NCBI RefSeq assembly: GCF_006345805.1
Contig: NC_043003.1
Location: 65,286,001-65,350,000 of the forward strand
Source: Octopus sinensis
Taxonomy: Eukaryota
Length of the DNA: 64,000 nucleotides
Direction of reading: 5' to 3'
The notes under the pieces are model-generated. The model made no database searches. It was not told the DNA's origin and was given only the letters and a program-made list of their open reading frames with translations. Shown piece by piece: positions 13,539-25,593 of this stretch. Every line of letters begins with the position of its first letter. Within the stretch, counting starts at the first letter, position 1. A program made the translations under genes and the position numbers.

Positions 13539-13541
<3 letters not shown>
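13030..13541 (+). mobile_element. Penelope-like pLTR-type non-coding remnant ending in (TA)n
   Basis: Decayed HHR-like motifs (GAGGCTG...CAGCCGAAATT; CTGAAGA) and a T-rich 3' end that also occurs at about 12506-12548. Confidence 0.45.
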
Positions 13542-13623
<82 letters not shown>

Positions 13624-13669
13624 ATGTATATGTATATATATACATATATATGTGTATATATATATATAT

Positions 13670-14046
13670 CGCTGTGTGGTAACTACTTTGCGTACGAACC
13701 ACATGGTTCCGGGTTCAGTCCCACTAAGTGGCACCCTGGGCAAGTGTCTTCTTCTATAGCCTCGGGCCGACCAAAGCCTTGTGAGTGGATTTGGTTGACG
13801 GAAACTGAAAGAAGTCCGTCATATATATATATATATATGTGTGTATGTGTGTGTGTGTGTGTGTGTCCAACAAAACGATTGGCAACCGATGCTGGAGTCT
13901 TTACGTCCCCGTAACTTAGCAGTTCATCTTTAGAGACAGATAGAGAAAGTACTAGGCTTACAAAGAATAAGTCCTGGGGTGGATTTGCTCGACTAAAGGC
14001 GTAGCTTCAGCATGGCCGCAGTTAAAGTGACTGAAACGAGTAAAAG

Positions 14047-14048
<2 letters not shown>
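13670..14048 (+). mobile_element. SINE-A
   Basis: Full head-core-microsatellite-tail organisation; an inverted diverged 5' half follows at about 14085-14228. Confidence 0.9.
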
Positions 14049-14082
<34 letters not shown>

Positions 14083-14962
14083 ACGAGCTTTCCGTCTACT
14101 ACATTTACTCTTAAGGTCTTGTCGGGCCTGGACTACAGTAAAAAATCCCAAAGTGCAGTTCCGTTGAATTGAATCCAAAATCATTCGGTTGCAAAGGGAG
14201 CTTCTTAACCATTAAGCCGTTCCTAGGCCGGTGACAACTAAAAAGCAAAAGCAAAATATCAAGTTAAATTTAAACGCTGTATACAAAATATTTATAGAGA
14301 ACAACGTATACTATTACGGTGAAGAAGACGTAACTAATAATGACATGCAGAAATGAATGAGAAAATTAGAAAAGAGATTCGCGAGAAGAAGTCCAAATAA
14401 TACTGAAAGCTGAACTCATGCTAAAAATATTATACCATTATATACACAAGCTATCCTGGTTATAAACTACGGTTACAATATAATACTTTGGAAGATAAGT
14501 GAAGAAGACAAGTAGAAAAATACTCCCTGCATTCCAAAGGTTCCATCTTAAAACTGATATGTATAGGTTATATCTATGGGGAGGTAGGTCGACTGATTCA
14601 AATATGAAGGACTATTGTGTAGTAACTGCAGTATTCTAAAAATACTCAGATGGATACAAAGGCATGCAGTTAGGTAATTGTATGAAACATTGAAAGGCAT
14701 TATTTTTTTATCGTTATTAAAAAAAGAAAATATAAAAAGCAAAATATATAAGATAATTACAGCGAGCTTAGAAGTATTTAAATAATGAAAAAACGGAAGA
14801 AGTAAAGAAAGACATGTTAATATAGTCAAAGGGGATATCTTGATAATACTAAAGGGGATATAGAGGAAAGAATCTTTGAAAGGTCATCATGGATTATGAG
14901 GTATATATACATACATACATATATATATATATTATATATATATATATACACACATATATACA

Positions 14963-15008
<46 letters not shown>

Positions 15009-15578
15009 ATATATATTATATATATATATATATAATATATATATATTGTGGTGTGTGTGGTGTGTATACACATACATATAAATATGTTAAAAAACAAAAC
15101 ATTTTTTTTTACTGGAATGAGTTAGAAAACATGTTCTAGGAACTAAATTAGATGGCAAACGTTTTTAATTTTCAATCCTTTCGAGAATTTCTCCATAATT
15201 AGTGGTTTGAGTTTGCTACTGCTCTTTCTAGCACAGGGCTTTCCTATTTGGAAGCCTCTTAATGTGTTCTAATGTACACGATATTTTTATGTGAGTATAT
15301 ATATATAAATATTTATATCAATAGATAGATAGATGCATAGATAGATAGATAGATATAGTTCATAGATGAAAATTGAATATTCTCCGTATAGAATATATGT
15401 GTTTGTGTGTGTGTGTGGGTGCGTGTGCGTGTGAATATATATATATGCGCATATATATATATATTATTATATATATATATATACATATATATATATACAC
15501 ACACACATATATATATACATATATATATACATATATATATATACATATAATATATATAGATACATAATACATACATAC

Positions 15579-15620
<42 letters not shown>

Positions 15621-15861
15621 TAATATATATATATATATTATATATATATTTTATTCTTTTATACATCTTCTAATCTTGGGGCTGCAGCAATGCTGGGGCT
15701 CGCCAATAAATTATTAGTTGGAGTAACCGATATATATATATATATCGGTTACACAAACACAAACACACACACACACACACATGTGTATACATATGTGTGT
15801 GTGTGTGTGTCTGTCTGTCTGGGCATTCGCTAATATATATATATATATACATAGAGTTAAT

Positions 15862-16069
15862 TCAAACAAGAAAACACAGAAAAAAACACAGCAACGGGAG
15901 GACGTGGAACAATTAAAGTATTATTTGACGCTCAGGAAAGAAGGGAAGGGGGGTTTAACGTTTCGAGCGGAGCTCTTCGTCGGAAACAAGGAGAAGGAAA
16001 GATCCCAAGAAGGGAAGACAGAGGAAAAAAAAAATATTTTTGCTGGTGGTGCTCAAGAGATCACATGAC
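15862..16069 (-). mobile_element. Penelope-like pLTR fragment inserted in (TA)n
   Basis: Carries a minimal hammerhead motif and a pyrimidine-rich 3' end; flanked by TA repeats. Confidence 0.6.
15953..15987 (-). ncRNA. Minimal type I hammerhead ribozyme motif (U4C variant)
   Basis: GUUU-CCGACGA-A-GAGC(UCC)GCUC-GAAAC-GUU/AAAC; stem III is the palindrome AACGUU. Confidence 0.6.
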
Positions 16070-16073
16070 ATAT

Positions 16074-16136
<63 letters not shown>

Positions 16137-16220
16137 ATATATATTATATATACATATATATATATATACATATATATACATACATACAATATATATATAT
16201 ATATATATACATACATACCA

Positions 16221-16293
<73 letters not shown>

Positions 16294-16975
16294 GTAAACA
16301 CACATATGTACACACGTATGGATATATCACTATGAATCTATATCAACATCTCGTATATATCTTTCAATGAAGAAATCCAGCAAGCAATTCAATCTCTGTA
16401 TATTCGCCCCCCCCCCTCCCCTTCACCCTCTCTCTCTCTCTCGCTCTCTTTGTATCTATATATTGGTATATGTCTCATAGAATATGTTACGCACAAACAT
16501 ACTCGCGCGCATAGAACCATTCCAATAATTAGATGCAAGGCTTGCTGAGTAAGTTTCCGTAGTGTGCCAGTCTACTTAAATCTACATGGAAAATTTTCAG
16601 AATATCTTTGAAGTTTTGATTTGTTTATCATTAAGAGTCAAAAAATTAGTTTGAGTTCTTTCTACATACATGACTGTGTATACACAGACACACAGACACA
16701 CAAGTGTATATATATGTGTGTGTGATTGTGTGCATTCGCTAATTTTATATATATGTGATATATATATTTTCATCAACAAACACCCGCCCATACTCACACA
16801 TGCGTGGTTGTATTTTATGAGGTTTCAAATTTACAGTATGTTGATATCAGGTGAGCCGAAACCTGGCGGTCACTTTCAACGATAGAATGTCAAAACAAAT
16901 ATATATATATATATATAATATATATAGGTGTGTGTGTGTGTCTGTGTGTATGTATATAGAAATATATATATATAT

Positions 16976-17513
16976 AATGATAAATCTCAGAGCGAGTTAT
17001 AAACAGTAACAGCAACACATCGTGACGTATATTTGCCATTTGAATATGGCTAAACCCTAAGGGTGGATGCTACTGTAGTTTGTAGCCCCAGGTACTATCA
17101 GTATTTGTAAAGAGAAGCCATCCTTCCCGTCTTCAACTTATGATACACACGGACTCGAGTTTCAGGGTATTGACCCGTCATCGGCGTGTGACAATCATAG
17201 TTGTCGATGCGAAGTCAGCTCCCTTCACAAATACATATACTTTTTCCAGTATCGATTGACACTGATATTGAAAAAGTGTAATGAAACAATGATAAATCTC
17301 AGAGCGAGTTATAAACAGTAGCAGCAACACATCGTGACGTATATTTGCCATTTGAATATGGCTAACCCCTAAGGGTGGATGCTACTGTAGTTGCTACTGA
17401 TAGGGCACAGAAAGTGTGTCTATAGCCAGCTGGAGGAGGTGTCCTCCTGGGGCTACAAACTACAGTAGCATCCACCCTTAGGGGTTAGCCATATTCAAAT
17501 GGCAAATATACGT
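16976..17513 (-). mobile_element. Retrozyme/Penelope-like non-coding element H2 (partial tandem plus 5' inversion)
   Basis: 105-bp direct repeats at 16976-17080 and 17288-17392 (period 312), inverted copy at 17393-17513, hammerhead in between. Confidence 0.8.
17134..17203 (-). ncRNA. Type I hammerhead ribozyme motif with extended stem I
   Basis: CAAC-UAUGAU-ugu-CACACG CCGAUGA C GGG(UCAAUA)CCC U GAAA CUCGAG UC/CGUGUG-u-AUCAUA-a-GUUG; core has U4C and a C.U pair at the base of stem II. Confidence 0.75.
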
Positions 17514-20128
17514 ATATCATGGGAGACTTCAATCTACCGAATGTCAGATAGCCCGAGGGCCTTCTCTCCCAGGAATGACAAGATGTGAACGAGGACAGGC
17601 GAGGTCCCTCCTGAACCTCACCAAACACCTGTACATGGAGCAAGTAATACTCCAACCACCAGAGCAGGTAACACACTGGATCTCTGCTTCACAAATAATA
17701 TGGATCTCATCCATAATGTGAAAGTGACACCGACACTACTCTCGGATCACAACATGGTAGAGCTGACCATGTACGGGCCAAAAGAGAGCACGGACATGCA
17801 GCCTACAAGAAACCCTCAGAATCTTTCCAGCTTGAACTTCAATAAGGCAAACTGAAAACAAATGAGAAAGAGATCCTCAAACAAAACTGGCCTGAATGTC
17901 TCTCCTCGCCGGACATCGACATGATACTTCAACAATTCATGTCTGTAATGCAGCCATATGCTACAAATGTGTCCCAGAGAGAAAGGCCACTGTACACAAG
18001 AAAAAAATCCCCAGAGAGAGGAAAATTTTAATGAGACGGCGTACAAAAATTTCAAATCGCCTAAACAAACAAATTGAAAGCAGTGAAAAGTCCCGCCTGA
18101 AAATAAAACTGTTGGAAATTGAAAATTGTCTGCAATCTCCAATGAGAAGGAAAGAGCAGACAAAGAAGCCTGGGATATAGACAACATAAAAACTAACCCC
18201 AGAGCTTTCTACAGGTATGCCAAAGAAACAGCTACGGGCACTGTAGGATAGGGCCACTCCTTGAAAAGGATGGCACACTCACAGGAAAACCAATGAGGGT
18301 AAGTGAAATACTGAATGAACAATTCAAGAGTGTTTTCACTCCACCCCTTGGGCATTTCCAAATCAGCAATCCAACTGACTTCTTTACCACTGCAGATATA
18401 GAATCAGAGGCGGCGACGATAAATTACATCGATATAAAGGAAGACGAGGTGTAATAAAGGCTATAGATGAAATGAAAACAGACTCAGCTATGTTGGCCCC
18501 GATGGATTCCCGGCAATCCTCCTAAAAGTATGTAAGAGAGTCTTAGCAAGACCACTGCAGTTCCTCTTTCAGAGCTTCCTTGCAGCTGGCAAACTTCCAA
18601 GAAAACTGAAGGAAGGTAAATATGCCCTATTCATAAAGGAGGTAGCAGAGCGGAGGCCAAGAACTATAGACCTATCTCTCTGACCTCACACATCAGCAAG
18701 GTCATGGAACGAATAGTCAGAAGGAAACTAATCACCTTCCTTGAAGAAAATGACTTGCTGCCTGACACCCAACATGGGTTCCGACCAGGAAGAAGCTGCT
18801 TAACTCAGCTCCTGCAGCACTGAAACAACTGCTCAACCACTCAAATGTGGAAGTCATATATCTCGACTTCGCAAAGGCCTTCGATAAAGTCGATCATGGA
18901 ATGATATGTCACAAACTGCGTGATCTTGGCATAGTTGGAAAACTAGGAGAATGGCTTCACGACTTTCTGAAGAATAGAAGTCAGGTGGTAGTAGCCAATG
19001 GGGCCACCTCCATTAGTATGCAAATAGTGAGCGGTGTTCCACAGGGCACTGTTTTGGGACCACTACTGTTCATAATGGCCCTCTCAGACATGCCCTCAGC
19101 CACGCGGAGAGCCACGATCACAAGCTATGCAGATGATACAAAAGTTTCACAGGCAATACAGAACCCTGAAGACACTAGGCACCTGCAATATGAGCTGGAC
19201 GAAATATACAAGTGGGCTGAAAAGAATAGCATGCAGTTCAATGCTGAAAAGTTTCAAGCTTTATACTATCAGCATGCAAAACTGAATGCAATACCCAAGG
19301 AATACACTGGACCCGGAGGGATTGCAATCCCAGAGGCACAATCAGTGTGTGACCTGGGTGTTCACATGAGTGATGACGCGACCTTTCATGTACATGTTGC
19401 TAAACTGACAATGAAATGCAGACGGCTGGCTGGATGGATTCTTAGAACCTTTAGAACAAGAGAACAAGAAACCATGATGGTCCTCTGGAAGACACTTGTC
19501 CTAAGCCACTTTGACTATTGCTCTCAGCTATGGTCACCATCCAGTGTCAAGTTGATCACAGAACTTGAGGCGATCCAATGAAGCTACACGAAGAAGATAG
19601 CCTCTATGCAGAATGTAAGCTACTGGGAAAGACTCAAGAGATTAAAATTATATTCCTGGAGCGTAGGCGGGAAAGATATGCCATAATATACATCTGGAAG
19701 ATCCTGGAGGGAAGTGTCCTGAACTTTGGCATCGAGAGTTACGCAAATGCCAGAACTGGGCGCCACTGCGTGGTGCCTAGGACTCCAAACTTGCCATCAA
19801 GATGTAGGACAAGATTCTGTGATAGCCTGGGCTTCCGAGGCCCACAGCTCTTCAATATCCTCCCGAAGAACCTGAGAGACCTGCATGGGGTGGATACAGA
19901 TGTCTTTAAAATGGAGCTGGATCTCTTCCTGTCAGGTGTCCCAGATGAACCAACTTCACGGCAGGAGGGGCAGATGAGGGCAGCTGCATCGAACTCTCTC
20001 ATGCACCAAATAGCAGTTGCTAGAAAGCCTCCATGAAGGGAAACCAAGTAGCAACACCAAATGGCGGTGCCCCAGCATGGCCACAGCTCATAAGCTGAAA
20101 CTAGAATCAATCAATCAATCAATCAATC
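17514..20128 (+). mobile_element. CR1-group LINE ORF2 (APE C-terminus, RT and 3' tail), pseudogenised
   Basis: IMGDFNLP and SDH endonuclease motifs; ORF 18847-19581 has YLDFAKAFDKV, SGVPQGTVLGPLLF and SYADDTK; (AATC)n tail. Confidence 0.95.
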
Positions 20129-20153
20129 ATATATATATGTATGTATACACGCT

Positions 20154-20568
20154 TACTCTTTTACTTGTTTCAGTCATTTGACTGCATCCATGCTGGAGCA
20201 CCGCCTTTTATTCGAACAAATTGACACTAGGACTTATTCTTTGTAAGCGTAGTGCTTATTCCATCGATCTCTATTGCCGGACCGCTATGTTACGCGGACG
20301 TAAACACAATAACATCGGTTGTCAAGCGATGGTGGGGAGACGAATACAGACACACAAACATATACACACGTATACATACATGCACACACGCTCATACGCA
20401 CACACACACATAAATATTACGGGTTTCTTTCAGTTTCCGTCTGCCAAGGCTTTGGTCGGCCCGAGGCTATAGTGGAAGATAGCTGCGCAAGGTGCCACGC
20501 AGTGGGACTGAACCCGGAGCCATATAGTTGAGAATCAAGCGTCTTCCCACACAGCTACACTTACACCT
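20154..20568 (-). mobile_element. SINE-A
   Basis: Reverse complement of the SINE-A organisation. Confidence 0.9.
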
Positions 20569-21127
20569 ATATATAAGGGTAGTTATCGATTCACCCATCT
20601 ATCCATCTGTCCATCCATCCGCGTAACCATCTGTCCGTTCGTCCATCCATCTATGAATTCATCCAACTATGTATGTATGTATATATGTACGTATGTATGT
20701 ATGTATGTATGTATCTATCTATCTATCTCTCCGTATATGCATATGTGTGTATAAACACACAAACACACTCACAGGCGCGCACACGTACACATATACACAC
20801 GCACACACAAACACATTCGCATAGACATATACCAGCAAAATGTACGTATCTTTCTTAAAATCATTCGTAAGCCCTAATTTATTATGAAACATCTGTTACA
20901 TCCTGACAGATACGCATATTCTCAGACGCCCACTTTGATATATAGATGTATATGCACATATATAAATATATACCTATACATATTTGTATTTTAATATAAT
21001 CTGGGTTATAACCTTATACTGTGCTTCCCAAAGTTCCTGTCCGAATCTCGGCTACCAAATTTTACTGGCTATACGAGAAGAGGAATTGAACAGGAACATA
21101 TCATTATCAGAACGCAAACGCACGCAG

Positions 21128-21192
<65 letters not shown>

Positions 21193-21422
21193 AACAAACA
21201 AACACACAGACACACGCATATAAACACAGACGTACGTGCATACATATACATGTTTTATTTAACTATATTTTTCATCCTATGGCAGGATAAATGTTTATAT
21301 ACAGTCTTGGCCAAACGTCACTCACCAAAATATTTCACATTTTATTTATCAATTATTATTTCGCCTTTGTGGAAAATAAATGAAATCATATTATTATCAT
21401 TATTATTATTAATATTATTATT

Positions 21423-21973
21423 GTGTGATAGAACAGTGGATGCAAACAAAGTGACACTGAGATACAGATATACGAAGCCCAGCATGCCCATCATTATTAC
21501 CCGTCTGATAAGGGTACACCGGGCACATGCATCACAACCATATGTGCGCGACATAGTTTTCTCATATCAAGATAAACAGCACATGATCTTGCAGGTTGGG
21601 CCCAGTAACAATTTTCTTCAGGTCGAATAGCCCATCCCGATCAAAAGGTCCCTGAATGAGGGATGTTTAAGGATGATGAACAAAATACCCATATTTCCAA
21701 AGGCGAATATCCAACCTCCAAATAATTCCTCTCAACACATGGCTATAATGCTCCCCCACTACTTCTGCTCGTGATCAGGGACGCACATATCGTCAGCCAA
21801 TAAGTGACGTGTTCATCTGGTTAAGGTCAAACATCTGACAAGCAAATCTGTGGTATTGAGCAGAATATTTGCTGTAGCCCATCTTTTATACGAAGACAAA
21901 ACAATGTACATAACACTTCCAATCAGTTAAGATGTGAAACCAAGTGAGCCACTCTCTGATACTGCATTAAGTC

Positions 21974-21975
<2 letters not shown>
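21423..21975. mobile_element. Unclassified ~550-bp insertion within (TAT)n, possibly a Dong-related non-autonomous element
   Basis: Complex, GC-richer block bounded on both sides by TAT arrays; no coding motif recognised. Confidence 0.4.
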
Positions 21976-22019
<44 letters not shown>

Positions 22020-22021
22020 TA

Positions 22022-22084
<63 letters not shown>

Positions 22085-22659
22085 TCATGCACATGTACGC
22101 GTGCATTCATCATTATTTTATATATTTTATCTAATTAGAAAAATGGAAGCATGTCCCACAATTTCGGGGCGTACTAAACTTATTTGGCCCACCCTACATA
22201 TTTAATAATCATATTAAGCTTGTTTTTTAAACACAAAAAGGCACATTCTCATCTCAGAAATTAATGGCACATGTTTATGTAGAATCTGACAGGTCTGCTG
22301 TATTCTGTTGTTAAAAAGTGTGACGTCGACGGATGTGGTTATGGCGATGAGGTGGTCCAGATGGTTTTTGAGGTGGTAGTTGAAGGAGAAAGGAATTTTA
22401 TCTGATTTGAACGTTGATACTAAAATTAGTAACCAGTTAAATTTAGATTAATGCCTATAACCGCACAAAAATGCTGATAGGCACACAAGATCCACATATG
22501 TACATTTTTATAGTATGACTCTTCCTCCCCATATATATATAAATAAACATATGTATGTATGTATCTATCTATCATCTCTCTCTCTCACTCTATATCTATC
22601 TATATATAAGTATATATATATATATAATATATATATATATATAATATATATATATATTA

Positions 22660-22810
22660 TATATATGAAAAAACAAGTCAAAATAGAAAATGCTAAAATA
22701 ATTTTATAAAGAACATGATCTTTATAAAATTATTTTAGCATTTCTATTTTGACTTGTTTTTTCATATATATCAACTCGTGTGTTCCTTTTCGCCCTTATA
22801 CATATATATA

Positions 22811-22856
<46 letters not shown>

Positions 22857-22984
22857 AAACAAGTCAAAATAGAAAATGCTAAAATAATTTTATAAAGAAC
22901 ATGATCTTTATAAAATTATTTTAGCATTTTCTATTTTGACTTGTTTTTTCATATATATCAACTCGTGTGTTCCTTTTCGCCCTT

Positions 22985-22988
<4 letters not shown>
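22660..22988. repeat. Two tandem copies of a ~110-bp near-perfect palindrome plus a 30-bp tail, in (TA)n
   Basis: TGAAAAAACAAGTC...TTATAAAGA-ACATGA-TCTTTATAA...GACTTGTTTTTTCA at about 22660-22770 and 22845-22958. Confidence 0.95.
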
Positions 22989-23017
<29 letters not shown>

Positions 23018-23269
23018 CTTATTTTGGGTTGCCGCCCCTTTGGCACTCGAGCCACATTCCTAGCGACCCTCACCACCATCACCACCACCACCACCACTAC
23101 CACTCATCTCTACAAACGTAGACTACTTTCTACAGCAAATTCTATTCAACAGTATTTCACAAATAAAACTCAACCTAATTAACCCATTGTTTTTTTTTCT
23201 GGTAAGGGTGGGGTACATTCATGGCTCCCTTTTGGCTCCACGTTTCTTCAACGCCCCTCTTGATCTTTC

Positions 23270-23317
23270 CACCACCCAAGGGGGAGGGAGCAGTACCGCC
23301 CGCTTTGGGAATCACTG
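23270..23317 (-). mobile_element. Possible hAT-type MITE terminus
   Basis: Reverse complement begins CAGTGATTCCCAAAGCGGGCGGTAC; no partner end found. Confidence 0.3.
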
Positions 23318-23660
23318 ATTTAGTAGGACTAGTCGCAATAGGACGGGGCCGCGATGCAATCGTTGTAACCTCAGAACCCATCTCTATTACAATATAGTAA
23401 CAGAAGCGTAACAGTAGGTCATCGATTTTTCATACAATAACCCTCATCCCAAAATTTAGCGGTCAGTTTTGCATCTATGGCATTATACTGCAGGTAATGC
23501 TTGCCATGTAACGACGAGGCGTACTAGAACCGACCTAGCCAACGAGTGCTTATCCCTGTGTTTTAAAATATATTTTAAAATATTGTACCTTGTTTGAATT
23601 GTAGTGTGTTATAATGCTTTTAAATTTATCTGTTCCACGTTATTATTTCTGTGCTTATAA

Positions 23661-23878
23661 AGGCGGCGATCTGGCAGAATCGTTAGCGCACCGAGCGAAG
23701 TACTTAGGAGTATTTCGCCCGTCGCTACATTCTAGGTTCAAATTCCGCCGATGCCGACTTTGCATTTTGTCCTTTCGGGGTTGATAAATTAAGTACCAGT
23801 TGTGAACCGTGGTCTTTCTAATCGACTCGTCCCCTCCACCCAAATTTCAGGCCTTGTGCTTATAGTAGAAAAGATTAT
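23661..23878 (+). mobile_element. SINE-B, alternative tail (AAATTTCAGGCCTTGTGC...AGTAGAAA)
   Basis: Same head and core as 12641, different 3' tail. Confidence 0.85.
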
Positions 23879-24314
23879 CTGTGTGTTTATATAAACATAT
23901 AGCTTGACTTCAGGTTAATTGTAAAATGTCTTCCACTCTTTCCAAACGTATTCATATGGTTTTCTGTCCCAACCTACACGCATTTTAAGTCTTCTGTCCA
24001 AGGCACATCAAGTTTTATTGTATCTCTTGGTGCCTTTGCGTCTCATTTGATAATATCCACCATATATGTACTTTACAAACACACAGAGGCATGCACACAC
24101 AAACACGCACGCACGCTCACTCACAGACACACAGAGCTTTCTACCATCACACTTAAACATTCGCTATTTATGGACAGATAGTAATGTCTTATGTAAATGG
24201 TTTGTTTATGCTAGCGGTATCTTCTGTTATCTTCTTTAATAACAACTTGACAATAACCAAATGTTCAAATGTGTTATCATTCAACCATCCTGTTAAAGTT
24301 TTTGTCTTCTCTTT

Positions 24315-24357
<43 letters not shown>

Positions 24358-25107
24358 AACAAACACAAACAATCACACACACATAATGGTTGTATGTTAT
24401 ATCACTGAAACTGCTTTTAGGTCATGATCACAAATAATCTAGTTTTTGACATGAAGTTTTACTGTCATACAAATTTCACTTTTTTTTTCATCTGGTGCAA
24501 TGTACTTCTTTGAAATGAAATCGGACCAGTGTAACAGTGTATCTGAAAAGATGGCCTTTGAAACATCAGCGCTATCGGGGTGGAGTGCACACGTTTCTTT
24601 TTACTGATTACAGAAATCTGACTGTTTCAACTTGCTCTCTTCTTACGTCTAATGCTAACAGCAATGTTTCAGGATTAAGTAAAAGCATTTGTATTATCAA
24701 TCAATTTTACGTCGCTGCTAGGACACTTATCTTTGAACTGGTGGCGACGGAGACAACTAATATCGTTAGTAAACTGGTGATAGTTTTTTATCAATGCCAT
24801 TGGGGAAAAATTAGTGAATAGAGCGGGCTAAGCGGCCCCTACGGCTACTGTAGTAAATGAGTGTGCTCCACGTGTGTGGCAAAATTTATTTCTCACTGTG
24901 GTGCTGAATAGAGAGGAAGATTAAAGACAGGAAATTTTAGCTGTTTACTCCTAATCTGTCATGTAAAAATGTGTGAAACTAATATGAAATCAAGCAATAA
25001 ATAAAGAAGATTTATTTAACTTAGAAAATCGCATGGAAAACCCAGTTTGCTACTTAATTCAAAACCTTAACAATTGCCATTTATTCATTTTGAGAGGTGT
25101 CAAAACT

Positions 25108-25198
25108 TTCGTTGCCCTGATGTGACTTTATCACTGACATAATTCCTTTTAGCTGCGATAGAATGATGTCAGTGGTCATGTTACGGAATTGTAACGAA
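25108..25198 (+). ncRNA. Candidate pri-miRNA-like hairpin
   Basis: 38-position bulge-free stem with 30 pairs including 4 G.U, a 15-nt loop and a symmetric 5x5 loop above an 8-bp basal stem; no family recognised. Confidence 0.4.
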
Positions 25199-25593
25199 CA
25201 ATGAATGAAATGAGAATATATGAATTTTCTCTGTTTTAGATGACTAAAAAGCTCTTTTATGGTGAAATAAATTCAGTACTGGTATACTTTCTAAAATCAA
25301 GTCCTTTAACCACAAAGAGGAAATTTTAACAAAAAAATCCATTTGGATAAATCAAATTACCAGGCAGAGGTTTGATTTGTTGGTGGCAGGCCTTATAGAG
25401 TTGTTTTTGTTGTTAAAATCCAAGGTAGCTCTAATGAAGCAAGAATTACGATGAAAGGTGATCCATGCATGAAAATCTCATCTCCAAGGTTTACACAATG
25501 CTATAGTTTTCTAACATAACTACACACTGGGTATCTTAGTGTCTCATGAATTTTAGGATATAATTTAAGGATTTAAATAGCCATAATGACTGC

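Noticed and set aside
18847-20036. Intact, active LINE
   Set aside because: It is 5'-truncated with multiple stops and frameshifts; no autonomous element, including any PLE ORF, is present in the window.
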